Notes: a model not told the origin generated them from the letters alone. 64,000 nucleotides of DNA from Octopus vulgaris (GCA_951406725.2 OX597832.1:12710001-12774000), one strand, 5' to 3'. Shown: positions 1 to 13,629, counted from the first letter of the stretch. Numbers and translations are program-made.

Positions 1-1636
1 TGTATATGTATGTGCATATTTATATATATGTGTGTGTGTGTGTGTGATTTTACATATATACATATATATAAAATATGCGTATGTATGTATATATGCATAT
101 ATGTATGTATTTCAGCGTCTGTGAATATGGCTGTGCATGGCATTTTTCTTTCATGTCATATTCTTTTGATTGCCATGTATATCACGTTTTTAAGGGTAAG
201 ACACACGCCTCCTTCCCCTTTTTCTCTTTATGTATATAATCTCCCTACACATACACACACACAAACACACCCACATACACACATGCGGATATTTGATACA
301 GCTTTATATGTACTGTGTTTCAGTATATAATATACATTTGCGCATTGATTATATGAAATTAGAATTGAGCTCTAAACGAGGAGATGTACATTCAACAAAA
401 TTCTTTTGAAAATTCTGTGTAAATATCTTGCAGTTAATCTAGAAATCTTGTTATGTGTTATGAACTGTGTCCTACTATTTAAGTCAATCTGCTATAACTT
501 CAAGCTTGAGATCTATTTCTAGGAAGTCGAACGACCAGGAAAATAATTCACTTGTGTGTGTCCGTTGCGTGCGTGTGGTGCATGTAATTATAAGTATACA
601 CTCACACAAACACGCACACACATATATCCTGTATTTTTTGTTATGTTACCCCAGGTTTCATACAGGGCATTTCATAATCTTCAAGTATTTCACTAATTTA
701 GTTCGGGAGAATTATTACTCTCATTTATCACATCGAGTACTTACAAATCGTAGACTGCTGTGCATTAAGTTTGAGGTAGTATATAGTATATACATTTTTA
801 TAATCACTCTTGAGGATGCTTAGCTTGCCTTGTCCTCATATGTCATATTTATGCTAAATGTATGTAGTGATTGAGTTGATCTGAGCAGATATATATAGAC
901 CCTCTGGAACTAGTTTCCCTTGGTTTGGTTGCTGAACAGCCAATTCGTATCAGCCAGATGAAATGCTGGTTCTACAAGCACCAGGCTGGCATCTATGACA
1001 GAATACAGCAACGAGAACAGTAATTTAAAGGGTTGAAAACATGACCTGATGATCAAAAACACTACAGGCCACATGCGTACGAAGACGTGTAAATCTGGAA
1101 AGGGAAGAGTGACGGTTTGATAACTTTCGTTACATCTTGATAACGGAATCAAATATATTCGTAAAGATCCTTCCGTCTGCGGCGTGATATTTTACATATA
1201 ATAATTCAAAAGTTTATGATATATCTAAAAATTGGCATCGAAGCAAGTTTTCATATTTTTCTCTTGTTTACATCTGCTGCTACTCTATGTTTCGATCACT
1301 TTTATTTGTGATATACGTCAGTATGTTGTATTTATACTGAACAGAATATCCAGCGTAAGATTCGAATAAGGAAGGCTTCCTTTTGAAACTACGTTCTTAG
1401 CACAGTTTGTTTACAGTGTTTACACCGAAAATTTAGACGTAATATTTTTCCTTGAGCACAGAATATTTCCTCTGGCTAGAATCCAATACAAGAAGCAGAG
1501 ACCGGACATAGGAAATCGCATTCAAATTTTGTTGCATTGGAATTACAACCAACATAAGTAAACAGAAATATGCTACCAATTCACGCTGTTATTTAATTAT
1601 TTACCGAAGAAAAAAACGTAATTTATTTTGAATGAT

Positions 1637-1776
1637 TTGTTGTTGTGGCTGTTGTTGTTGTTGCGTTTACCATTAAGATTGCTGTTGTTGTTGCGGTTAC
1701 TGATGGTGTTGGTGGTGGTTGTGGTGGTTGTGGTGGTGATGGTGGTGGTGGCGATGGTTGTGCTGCTGCCGCCGCC

Positions 1777-1812
<36 letters not shown>

Positions 1813-1822
1813 ATCGTTGTTA
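1637..1822. repeat. Compound trinucleotide repeat (TGT/TGG/TGC)
   Basis: Direct. Confidence 0.95.
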
Positions 1823-2137
1823 TTCACAAACGACTGTTTTAGGAGAAAATTTTATGCTGATTGATTCTCTGCCGACCAGGGTGGTGTTGTGCAAACAGAA
1901 ACAATGCGCGATTTAAATCAAAGATTCAGTTCTGTGCCAAACCGGAAACCGATTGCTAATTAAATTATCCCATTTTCTTTATATTTGAACATTATCACTC
2001 TAGGCTAGATTCAAAAGCTTGAATTACTTGACGAGACAAGGAAAATAGGTTCTCTTCCTTCTGCTGTTTACAGCATTCGTTGCACAACGAAGCTAATTTA
2101 TTCGTACTAGGAATGGATTATAATTTTGGCATTCGAA

Positions 2138-2550
2138 GATGGCGAGCTGGAAGAACCGTTAGCAAGCCGCACAAAACTGCTTAGTGGCATTTCTTCCGTT
2201 TTTACGTTCTTTGCTCAATTTCTACCGAGGTTGACTGTGAGTTTTATTCTTTTGGGGTCGATAAAATAAGGAAGAGGCAATGTAACAAAATTGCCCTCCA
2301 ATGAAAATTTCTAAAATTTGAAAACCCTATAGCTATTAAAAATTATTAGCAGCAGATTAGTAGAATTGTTACAAGTTCGCACAAAATTAATTCCGAGATT
2401 TCTTTCCGCTTTTTAAATCTTGAGTTCAAATTGCGACAATCTCATGTTTACTTTGCATCACTCCTAATACAATACCAAAAAATCCCAACCAAGTAATGAG
2501 TGGCTGTGTTATCCAATGCCTTACTACAAATTGTATGTATTGAGCCTAAG
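2138..2550 (+). mobile_element. Two degenerate SINE family B copies
   Basis: ggcgagctggaagaaccgttagc head and ggggtcgataaaataag core; the second copy from about 2350 is more decayed. Confidence 0.7.
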
Positions 2551-2899
2551 TTAGAAACCATTTATTTTATTGGTTTCTGTCTCCGTGACCATAACGCAGT
2601 ACCCGATTCTTTCGATCTAGTTGGATATATGCGAAACTTAGTACTTATTAATCGTCCACCGTTTATCGAATGATTAACTTAGTTTGTTTTTTTTGTATGG
2701 TAAGGGAACACATGCCTTTAATTCATTATGATCAAATATGAAGCTGTGCCTACGATAGAGACCTGCAGGTACACAGTCACACACATACACACATGGCTTA
2801 CACAGTTTCCATCTGCCAAACACCAAATAATATATTGATAAATCCGAGACACACTAGCGAAATAATCTATGGCACAGTTGTCTCAAACAAGAAATTGTT

Positions 2900-3360
2900 T
2901 GATCACATATTTATGCGTAAGACTAGAGAGTGTATTTATTCGCAAGCATTTTAATACTATATAACAACGACTACACACAAAACAAATATCTAATAACAAA
3001 AAGGCTCCCACACTTCTATATGTCTATTTCTAGAATGAACCGCTTATGAAAGCTTAAACAGCATTTAATGCATGAAGATTATTAACAACAAAACAACACA
3101 ATCGCTCATACACAGAAACTTTATTCTTCCTTAATCGAACTAACTATTTGCTATTGTTAATATTTGTGCTCTCTTGAAATCCAGATTTCCAGAAATGCAG
3201 TGTAATTTGATAATAATCAATCTACTTCTGTTCATAATGACCTTTTGTTGATTAACCGATGTGGCGAACATTTTAGAATTTCGATTTCTGATCATTATGC
3301 CACCTAAGGTTTTATCAATATCCCTATCTTCTGGGATTCTGATTGGCAGTTTGACATAAA
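2900..3360 (-). pseudogene. PTP catalytic-domain remnant (D1)
   Basis: In order: CQ../PEDRDIDKTLGGIMI (KCxQYWP...G.I.V), IIKLHCIS/WKSGFQES (QFHF.SWPD.GVPES), AVHSRNRH/RSVGAFLLLDI (VHCSAG.GRTG.FI.LD), VLKCLRIN (V..LR..R). Confidence 0.6.
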
Positions 3361-4357
3361 AATCAATAATTAATAGTAATCAGATAACAGATAGCAGCGA
3401 ATGTGCAATGCATTAGCTTGAGGAAAGCTAGGTTGGTTTAATGCGTTGAAGGATAGTGGTGTGTTTGCTCTTAGCAAAATGACGCATGCCTGTGTAAGTG
3501 TATGTGTGTGCAGTCGGTGTCTGTAGTTAAGTAGGTGAATGAACGTGTATATGTGTGTGTGAAGAGTGAGTGAGAGGAAAAATAAGCTTAGTATAGATAA
3601 CAGATTAGTGCTCAAATGAACGTGAACTTAAATTTCAAATTCCTCATCCAGGGCCGAGCGCAAGGCACCTAAAGCGGCTTTAAGAACAATCAGAATTGAG
3701 CTGTCTTGGAGGCAGTAAGGTAGTATGATAGACTGATACAGAGTGGAGAGTTTGGAATCTAGCAATTCAGATCATAATGCAGGGAATTTAAGCTTATAAA
3801 GCTGCCATCATCCCTGATTAAAAACATCTGTTGTCAGTACATCCAACAACGACTCAATCATTTACAATACTACTCATCGGACCACTTCTCACTCATTTCT
3901 TGAATCACCCCTTCTATTACTTCTCTCAATTCTCCGGAAACTCATCCCCAACAGCTCCTTGTTCTGCCTCTCCTATTCCTTTTTGCCTTTCCTCTTATTC
4001 AACATCCCCTCCTGAAATATCTACACCCTCCTCATCTTCACAATTTGCCTTCTTATCTCGTTTTACCCTTAAATTCCTTGCTCTATGATCTGAACAGCTA
4101 GCGGTCGAAGTCCCGCTTTACGGTAATGCTTATATCTATCCATTTTTAGTTGCATATCCTTGGCATTTGTATACTCAAGCGGCTAACATTACAACTATTA
4201 CGTAATTCCGAGCACCCAGAAACAACTGTCGGATCTTAAATAACATTCCCTCTCCCCTTAGTTTTCGATATTTTTTGTATTCCCTGCAAATGTGTTCGGT
4301 AAGTATATAAATACCTATATGCTTATGTGCGAATGTCCATCTGAATATTTTCAGTCT

Positions 4358-4730
4358 TGTGGTAAGTAGCTTCCTTACCAACCGCATGGTTCCTGGTTCA
4401 GTCCTACAGCGTGGCACCTTGGGTAAATGTCTTGTACTATAGCCTCGGGCCGACCAAAGCCTTGTGAGTGGATTTGGTAGACGGAAACTAAAAGAAGCCC
4501 GTCGTATATGTGTGTATATATATATTTAGGTGTGTGCATATGTTTTCTCCCCACTATCGCTTGACAACTGATGCTGGTGTGTTTACGTCCCCATAACTTA
4601 GCAGTTCAGCAAAAAGAGACCGATAGAATAAGTACTAGACTAAGAATAAGTCCTGGGGTCCATTTGTTCGACTAAAGGTGGTGCTCCAGCATGGCAGCAG
4701 CCGAATGACTGAAACAAATAAAATAAAAGA
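4358..4730 (+). mobile_element. tRNA-derived SINE family A
   Basis: tgtggtaagtagctt...ggttcagtcc head, ggcaccttgggcaa core, internal TA/TG tract, tail ending gactgaaacaa. Confidence 0.92.
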
Positions 4731-4748
4731 ATATATATATGTAGGTGC

Positions 4749-4814
<66 letters not shown>

Positions 4815-4879
4815 AATCTAGCTATCCATATGGCTACTTGACTGTAGAAAAGTGCACGGTACTTTCACAATACAATTTA

Positions 4880-5330
4880 ACCTAGGGAAAGCATGCATCA
4901 ATATATCTTGTAATATTCGATTTCTTTCACAGTCACAACGTCCAGCGTAGAGATTACCAGCATTAGGGGATTATATCGACCATATTACACATTTTATATT
5001 TATGTCAGACTCGCAAATTTGAATGTTATACTGAATTATGAACTATAAATACTGAAACAAAAGTGCTGTAGGCATGTTAATTCAGTCTAAAGAATCCACC
5101 AGTCCACCATCCTTAAAGTAACGTGAAATAACGAGAAAAAAATAACAGATAGCATAATTCACTCACCTTATATTTTTCAAATTATTTTCTGATTTCTAAG
5201 TACTTTCATTTCAAAATGAAAGTGTGTTACATATTTAAGTTTTATGTCTTCGCTCAAGTGCATACTCCTTACCACTTAACATTTGTTGTTGATTCCACTT
5301 TTCAAAGAAATGTGTCACGAATGTACGAGT
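4880..5330 (-). pseudogene. PTP D1 N-terminal remnants split by a 115-nt intron (5052-5166)
   Basis: KSENNLKNI R|GTGAGT (cf. ENxxKNRY); after cttttgtttcag reads ...ESDINI (cf. SDYINA). Confidence 0.4.
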
Positions 5331-5808
5331 CATAATCATTAATTTATTTTGTTTGATAATGTGCATTGAAGATCACCAAACCAACAGATAATTTAATTCG
5401 ATTCTCTTTTTTTTGTTGTTTTCAATTTCTGTCTTCTTTTAAAGTGAATTAGTCTTTAATTTTTATTTTCTTTTAATTAATAATCGATTTTATTTATTTA
5501 TTATTTTTTTTTTTATGAGTTGTAACTTTGCCGCTTTGGAAGCTTCAGGTAAAGATTGTAACCAGTTGACCTATTACAAATTTTCTCCTCTCACCCTCTA
5601 TCGTCTTAAAAAGGGAAGATTGTGATAAGAGTAATACACGAGTGGACCAAAGTTAGTATAGTCTATAACTTAATAAACTTCAGTATGAACATGATTCCAA
5701 AAAATGTTGGTAATATATCGGGACACTTCATGATAAACTGAAACTAAAAATCAGCAACAAGGATTAAAGGTGGAGCAACTGTATTCTTCGTGCTCTGACC
5801 TTAGAGAA

Positions 5809-6190
5809 TGAAATGGAAGCACTCCGTCGGTTACGACGACGAGGGTTCCGGTTGATCCGAATCAACGGAACAGCCTGCTCGTGAAATTAACGTGTAAGTG
5901 GCTGAGCACTCCACAGACAGACCCTTAACGTAGTTCTCGGGGATATTCAGCGAGACACAGAGAGTGACAAGGCCGGCCCTTTGGAATACAGGTACAACAG
6001 AAACAGGAAGTAAGAGAGAGAGAAAGTTGTGGTGAAAGAGTACAACAGGGATCATCACGATCCCTGCCGGAGCCTCGTAGAGCTTTAGGTGATTTCGCTC
6101 AATAAACTCTCACAACGCCCGGTCTGGGAATCGAAACCGCGATCCTACGACCGCGAGTCCGCTACCCTAACCACTGGGCAATTGGGCCTC
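5809..6190 (-). mobile_element. tRNA-derived SINE family C, full length, tail type 1
   Basis: A/B-box head (cccagtggttaggg...ggtttcgattcc); 16-bp TSD ctctgaccttagagaa at 5793-5808 and 6190-6205; empty site in the paralogous copy at about 8190. Confidence 0.95.
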
Positions 6191-6600
6191 TCTGACCTTA
6201 GAGAAAATATTTACTGAATGTATCTTCCTGAGGTTATTTTTGGCCTGGTGGTTTAGGTAAAACATTAAAAGCAACAATATATTCCCCATAGTATTAGCAT
6301 AATATGTGTAATAGGAAAACAAATGAAAGTAAAACTTTTGATTAAAAATTACTTATTTAATTAAGACATGAAACTGAATCAACGAATGCAGTCTGAACAC
6401 TCATTAGGGGTTTGTATGAGCGGATTTTCTGTTAATCAGCTCCCGGCCAAAATCGAAACCTAGAATTCTGTAGATAGCTGTTTCGTGAAACTCCATTCTC
6501 GAAAATAAAAAAAGTCCTTTCCCATAAAACAAAAACACATATGCATGAATAAATAAATATAAGTCTCCGTGTGCGTGTGTGTTTGTGTTATTGTTTTTAT

Positions 6601-6780
6601 TTATGTTAGAATAAAGAAAACTTGCACTAAACTGAAGTATTGCTCAACACGTTTGGTTATAATTTACTATCTTTTAACAAGTATAATATTGGCAGTTATA
6701 TTGAAGTTTCCATTGTCGATGGTGGTTCAGCTGGCGAAAACTTCGATGTCACAGTTACTATCAGTCATGTTAAAGTACAA
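6601..6780 (-). pseudogene. Pseudo-exon duplicated at 8590-8733
   Basis: The copies differ at synonymous positions in the minus frame (ACT TTA ACA/ACG CTA ACG, CTG/TTG, TCG/TCA, GTG/GTA): TLTxLxxTVTSFSPA...QVFFILT. Confidence 0.5.
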
Positions 6781-7059
6781 CGTATATATATATATGTTTT
6801 TCTTGTTTTCTTGTTTTCTTCACCGACAAGGCTATCAGATGTTGCTACACATCGCTGGTCACAATGCGCTTCGCATTGATTTAGCTTTCAAATGACGCCA
6901 TCCCGTTGGCTAAGCGAACACACCAATATATATATATATATGTGTGTGTGTATGTGTGTGTGTGTGTATGTGTGCGCGTGTGAGCGTGTATGTGCATCTC
7001 TGTATTTTCGGGTGTGTACGTGTATCTGTGTGGGTGTAGGTGTGGAGTAATATTCATAC

Positions 7060-7506
7060 TTATTCCTTGAGTGGAAACCAGACCTCTAAAGAAATAGTAA
7101 TCTGTCATCTCTGTATAGTTATTCTGTTATTTTCTGTTATTATCATATCTGAACAAGCCTTCAAATGACCTCACGTCAAAATTACGATTTCAACCGTAAC
7201 ATTTCAATAACAAATTCAGAATACCTTTTTGACACTATGTCCAATATAACACATTGCAAAAGGTAAGGATTTGTGCTATTTCCACATCTTACTTTAGTAA
7301 GCATGGCAACAGAAAAATATATGTGTTTGTACGCCGTGTATATCTGTGGCTTTTTATTTATTTTGATTTTCGTGGCGGTAGTTGCTTCTCCAAGTAAATT
7401 AGAAGGCAGCTCAATGGCAAATATAACAGGAACCATTATTTTCTTAGGCTCATAAATATTGTAGCGTTCACGACACATACATAGCAACTCATTACCATCG
7501 CAGCCA
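7060..7506 (-). pseudogene. FN3 pseudo-exon (447 nt)
   Basis: Acceptor ttccacctttag, donor ATA A|GTATGA. Contains YTAYKHIYFSVAMLTKVRCGNSTNP (cf. FN3 YT.Y..SVAA.TKVG.G) and EMTDYYFFRGLVSTQG. An internally deleted copy lies at about 9372-9410. Confidence 0.6.
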
Positions 7507-7918
7507 CTAAAGGTGGAAAAATCACGTTAGAAAACATATGTAGGAAATGTCTTGATGAGGGGATACTAAATATTCTTCAGTACATCTGTCGATATGATTA
7601 GGTTTGCTGATATATTTATATATGGAATCAGTTCCACGTTAAGCACTTATATATGTAGACACCATAGACATATACACACGCATGTACATACGCACATAAA
7701 TATTGTATATATGCATATAATTTTATATATATATATATGTACAAATATACATATATATATATATATATATACATATATGTATGTATATGAGTGTGTTTTT
7801 ATATTCATTTACATATATAGATATATACATACATTCATATAAATATATATATTTTGTTTTTATCTTTTTATATACTTATTTTTTAATTGGAAAGCAAAAC
7901 TAAGCAAGTACACTATAT

Positions 7919-7990
<72 letters not shown>

Positions 7991-8019
7991 CAGATAGATA
8001 GATAGACATATCAAAGTGA

Positions 8020-8731
8020 GAAACGAGTGGGCCGAGGTTAGTATAGTCAAGAATTTTCTGTAGCTTAATCAACTTCAGTGTGAACATGACTCCCAAAAAT
8101 GTTGATAATATATCAGGACACTCCATGATGAAGAGAAACCAAACATCAACAACAGGGATTAAAGATGGAGCAACTGTATTCTTCATTTTGTTATCTTAGA
8201 GAAAATATTAACTGAATTACTTTCCCGAGGTTATTTTTGGCCTGGTGGCTTAGGTAAAACATTAAACCAACAATATATTTCCCATACTGTGAACATAGTA
8301 TGCGTAGTACGAAAACAAATGAAAGTATAACTTTCGATTAAAAATTACTTATTTAATTAAGATATGAAGCTGATTTAACGAAAGCTGATTGAACACTCAC
8401 TAGGGGTTTGTATGAGTGGATTTCCTTTAAGCAGCTCCCGGTCAAATTCGAAACATAAAATTCTCGCCTGTAGATCGCTGTAGCGTGAAACTCGATTCTC
8501 GAAATTAAAGATGTGATTTTCTATAAAATAAAAACACCTATGCATGAATAAATAAATATAAGTTTGTGTGTGTGTGGTATTGTTTTTATTTATGTTAGAA
8601 TAAAGAAAACTTGCATTAAACCTAAGTTATTGATCAATACGTTTGGTATAAATTTATTGAAGTTTCCACTGTCCCATGATGGTTTAGCTGGTGAAAACGA
8701 TGTCACAGTTAATTTCAATTGCGTTAGCGTT

Positions 8732-8824
<93 letters not shown>

Positions 8825-9181
8825 ATATAGGATACAATTTTTGAAAAAAGTTTTATCAATGGCCAGCATATTGAAAAATACCTTTAAAGGTTAAATTTAT
8901 AAACAACTTATAAACTTGGGCAAAAGAAAAAAAATTCTAATGCCAAATATGCCGAAAATAGACAAATGATCAATAACGATATAATTTATCACTACAAACA
9001 CGCGTCTCGAAGTAAGCAGACAGAAATTTCTAAACAATTCCGTTTTCATCGTATCGGTCCCAATTTCGGAGTTAATTCATAAGAATTTTTCTCCTTGTCA
9101 GCGATAAATACGTAAGACATAAATAAAATACTTACTCATACCCATAGAATAAGTTATATATATATATATATATATAAGTTT

Positions 9182-9274
<93 letters not shown>

Positions 9275-9475
9275 CTGAATGTGTGTGTGTGTGCATGTCA
9301 GTGTTTTTGGGTCTGTGTTAGTGTCTCTGTGTGTGTGTAAGTTTGTATATATTGAGGAGTAATATTTTTACTTATTCCTTGGGTGGAATTAACAACATGG
9401 TCACAAAAGGTGGAAAAAATCACGTAAGAAAACATATGTAGGAAATATCTTGAGATGATTCTAAATATTCCTGTA
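8020..9475. repeat. Segmental duplication, copy 2; 8900-9153 is also homologous to 12560-12835
   Basis: Direct visual alignment, e.g. acaacttataaac...aattct..tgcca..atatgc in both. Confidence 0.9.
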
Positions 9476-9865
9476 CGTATACAAGCATGTTTTGTGCGGT
9501 CTATATTAGCTGAGGGTTAAGAAAATAAAGAAAGCAACTAAACGAAATCAAGTGAGAAGCAATCGGTACTTTTCTAACTTGCATCGATAGTAAATTCACT
9601 GTGGGCGTTCAATGTGTCTGTTTATTTAGCACTATACTGTAAAACTCGTCTCGTGTATAATCGCTGTCCATACGCACATATCTTTTACGTATGTTTTCTT
9701 TGGCAGTATACATACATATATACATCGATACATACACACATACGCGTACGTATAAGTCTACAGGTACACTCAGCTTGACTGCAATGCAGGAAGTTGGCAA
9801 AGGTACTAAAACACGCACAGAAAAATAGAGATTTGCACAAACACAAACTCGCATGCACACACACG

Positions 9866-9944
<79 letters not shown>

Positions 9945-10125
9945 CTAGATATTTCGCGTCCGTGCGAAATGAATTATATGAATGTATACAGGTATATGGA
10001 TGCATATATAAATGTTTATGTATATATACATACGCATATACGTTCATGCACACACATATTAATTTAATATATATATATATATAACATATATATTCATTTA
10101 TATGTATATATATTCGCACACAGAA

Positions 10126-10188
<63 letters not shown>

Positions 10189-10663
10189 TATTTGCCAATT
10201 TCCTGTATTGCAGACTTGTATGTTCTTTTCTCAAGATGGCGTAGACGAAAAAATTCGGTATGACCTAGTAAACTATCTCTTAAACAAATGTGTGCGTGTT
10301 TACGAGTGGTTGTGTGTCAGTTTGCATGTGTGTATGTGTGTGTGTGTGTGAGAGAGAGAGAGAGTGAGGGAGAGAGAAAGAAAGTGTGTTTGAAGCTGGG
10401 TGAGTCTGCTAGTGTAAGTGCGTGCGTATGTAGGCATATATTTCATCTAGTCAAAATTAATCTCTTATGTTGCAACTATTTTGCTGCAGAGCAGATTTTT
10501 AGATCTTTTTACCTTTAGGGAAAAACTGAAAGTATACGAGACACATTTTCTCTGAAATTTAAAATATTATTCCCTATGGCATAGCATTAATGATTTTATT
10601 TTAATGAGTAATGCGGTACAAAACGCCTTTTGTTTTAACGAGCATCTCATGGTGTATCCATAC

Positions 10664-10937
10664 TTGTCCTCATAGTATTGCAGACATTGAAAGCAGGCCC
10701 AAGGTTATTCTCTTCGTACATATTAACTGCTTTTATTGCATATTCAGCTCGGACAGTCATATTAACATGACCATGAAAGGAATGACTGTTTAATAGAGAT
10801 TGTTAGCCTTACTCTTTTGGGTATCTATTTTGTCTGGAGGAAGGAGGTGTACTAATTACATTAGAATGGTGCTTCGTACAACAACCAATATTGCAGTATT
10901 TAGAGGCGACTATATTGTAATCTTGAGCACGTAATGG
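10664..10937 (-). pseudogene. FN3-like pseudo-exon
   Basis: One frame with two stops ending VRAEYAIKAVNMYEENNLGPAFNVCNTMRT A|GTATGG (Y-x-I-x-A-V-N FN3 pattern, phase 1). Confidence 0.5.
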
Positions 10938-11040
10938 TTAAGGCATAAATCCTCTTACTATCTCTCCCTCCCTCTTTCTCTCTCTTACACACACACACAC
11001 ATATATATACGTATAAATACATAGATTCATGTATATGTAT

Positions 11041-11342
11041 ATCACCGTGACCTACCAGGATATCAGATGTTGCTAAACATCGCTGGTCACAATGCGCTTC
11101 GCATTGTTTTAGCCTTCAAATGACGCCACACCGCTGGCTAAGCAAGTAGGCCAACAGGGGAAAGAGTGAGAGAAAGTTGTGGCGAAAGAGTACAGCAGGG
11201 ATCGCCACCATCCCCTGCCGGAGCATCGTGGAGCTTTAGGTGCATTCTCTCAATAAACACTCACAACGCCCGGTCTGAGAATCGAAACCGCAATCCTACA
11301 ACCACGAGTCCACTGCCCTAACCACTAGGCCATTGCGCCTCC
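11041..11342 (-). mobile_element. SINE family C, tail type 2 (tail fragment also at 6820-6925)
   Basis: Same head and core as 5809-6190, different 3' tail. Confidence 0.9.
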
Positions 11343-11395
<53 letters not shown>

Positions 11396-11414
11396 CTTAA
11401 GAGTAGCTCTATTA

Positions 11415-11556
11415 TAAGTAGCTTGCTTACCAAACACATGGTTCCGAGTACAGTCGCACTGCGTGGAACCTTGGGCGAGTTTTTCCTACTATATCCTCGG
11501 GCCGACCAAAGCCTTGTGAGTAAATTTGGTAGACGGAGACTGAAAGAAGCCCGTTG
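11415..11556 (+). mobile_element. SINE family A, 5' half
   Basis: Matches the 4358 copy up to the internal TA tract. Confidence 0.88.
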
Positions 11557-11589
<33 letters not shown>

Positions 11590-11600
11590 GCATATACATA

Positions 11601-12170
11601 CAGGTGCGCACTGGTGATGTGAGCCAACTTGCTCGAAACTTGCCGGTCTCGTGATCCTCTCCGCTGCTTTGGGATGGTAGAGTTTCGCTCCCCTTGCTAC
11701 CGATATATTGTATATAATGAGTGCAGAGCTTGCACCGTAAACCAGCTAGCGGAGAATCCACCTGCGTTTAAACTAGTAGTAATATTCAACTGCCATTTTG
11801 ATGTGGCGAGACGCCTTACTCCTCAGTATACGTTACTACACTGTCTCTTCTCGATATTTTTTAAACTTGCTATTTTACTTGTTGCAAATCACTGACGGAA
11901 AGTCACTTTCTTTCCAATATATCGCTGGCAGAAGTAAATCTTAGTTATCACTCAACTGCGCAGGTGTACTGGTCTGAGGCAAATAGCTTGAAACTAGTCA
12001 GTCCCGCGATTCTGTCAGCTGCTTGGGATTAGTAGGGTTTAGCTCCTCCTGAGAGCGATGTAGTTTATATAAAATGTGCGCATAGCTTGCACCGAAATTC
12101 AAAAAGCAGAGAATGCATCTGGGGTTCAACTAGTAGTAACATTCATCTGCCGCTCTGATGAAACAGAAAC
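11601..12170 (+). repeat. Two diverged about 215-bp direct repeats (360-bp period), each starting with a hammerhead-like motif
   Basis: caggtg at 11601 and 11961; shared agcttgcaccg and aactagtagtaa.attca.ctgcc. Confidence 0.8.
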
Positions 12171-12459
12171 AAATCGCCAAAACATAACAAGCAGTTAAAG
12201 GGCGATAGTACAACATTCGCAAACTGGACAAAACAACAATCACGGATCGTTAGCAACCAATTGATTCTCCAACTGAAGAAGCGATTGGCTGCGAACGATT
12301 CGTGTATTTTTGTTTTGTCTTGCTTGACGATGTTGTGCTATTGTCCTTTTCCTGCATGACATGTTTTGGCGATTTCTGTTTGTTGTGTTTTTTACCTTTG
12401 TTTTATCCATGCAGCGTTACGTACAATTTCGTGTTTACTTTGTAAAAAAATAAAATATC

Positions 12460-12560
<101 letters not shown>

Positions 12561-12816
12561 CAACTTATAAACAAGGGCTAAAGAAATATTAATTCTATGC
12601 CAATATGCTGATAAGCTGATAACAGACTTTCAAAACGTCAATTTCCACATATTTACTCACTACAGAAAACACGTACATCTGAAATCGAGGAAAGCCAGCC
12701 AACAGAATTTTAAAAAAAATAGTTCGTTATTTCTATATTGAATCAATTTCGGAATTAATCAGATAATAGATTCCTTTTCAGTAGAAAATACGAAAAGACA
12801 TAAATGAAATACTTAC

Positions 12817-13010
12817 ATGCGCCCATTGAAAAAGAGCCGAAGCAAAAATCATGAGTACATATAAGTACCCCAGATATATCTAAATATAAAATCCTTTGGT
12901 CAGCCTCAGCACACGTGTGAACTGTTCTCCACTACAGCTTATAGTGGTTATCAGTCCGTATAGCGAATGGTAATAAGTCTACTACTAATATAGAATGAAG
13001 GTTTTTTACA
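12817..13010 (-). pseudogene. Pseudo-exon; its 3' end is duplicated at 9136-9153
   Basis: ...DQRILYLDISGVLICTHDFCFGSFSMGA T|GTAAGT; the duplicate reads YSMGM A|GTAAGT with a homologous downstream intron. Confidence 0.55.
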
Positions 13011-13629
13011 GAAAAAAAAATTCATAAAATATATATATATATATACTTAAGACAGTTAACGAGAGTAGGAGATATATACGCCATATTGCATAAATCTGTA
13101 GATTTCAGCCAAAATTAATTGTGAAAATTGAACTTAATGAAACGTCATAGATAGTGAAGCGTAATTGTTAGTTACTTATGTTGTCAATGATTGTCATTAA
13201 TTAATGACCTGAAGTAGAATGTAAGAATGTATTATTTATGTATATCGGTGTTTCCGATCTAACAACTTCCTGGATAATAGTTGCTATTTATAAAGTATCG
13301 GAGTAGATTGTAAAAATTAATCTGATGCAGTTAAGCTTTCCATAAAAGTTGAAAACACTGTAGCACATCATAATTTTGCAATCTGTGTTGAGATTTCATA
13401 AAATGAAGTCTTTACTCTCATTAAAATCGTTTAATTAAGATTAATTTAGTTAAAATTTGTTTGGTGAAATGTGTATTCATAATCGTATATTATACTGTGT
13501 AGAACATTTTGGTTCTAAAAAACTTTCAAATTGCGTGTTTAAAAGCAATATTAAATTAATTAGCTTCCAGTGGTCAAATTCATTTTGTATTTTTTAACCC
13601 CGATGCTGTGTTTCACATGCATATCACCA

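Larger units (their letters stand above)
1290..2762 (-). pseudogene. Second PTP domain (D2) remnants
   Basis: TASY/DHNELKA and TVDD**VLSFAY near 2.65-2.75 kb; RIVSVCTTPPWS near 1.9 kb; VGCNSNATK, TVNKLC*ERS and VQYKY near 1.3-1.55 kb. Confidence 0.45.
5638..7580. repeat. Segmental duplication, copy 1 (homologous to 8020-9475)
   Basis: 5638-5808 plus 6190-6780 align with 8022-8733; 6960-7080 with 9270-9390; 7505-7580 with 9405-9475. Confidence 0.9.

Noticed and set aside
772-792. let-7-like tgaggtagta (also miR-133-like 26850 and miR-124-like 40022)
   Set aside because: Only 9-11 nt matches and no precursor hairpin seen.
3640-4130. Possible Penelope/LINE relic with a pyrimidine-rich tract
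   Set aside because: Too degenerate to assign by eye.
6640-6879. Protein-like plus-strand ORF (SYIEVSIVDGGSAGENF)
   Set aside because: Synonymous-change pattern between duplicates and neighbouring exons favours the minus strand.
7273-7455. Plus-strand ORF with an apparent transmembrane helix
   Set aside because: Antisense shadow of the FN3 pseudo-exon.
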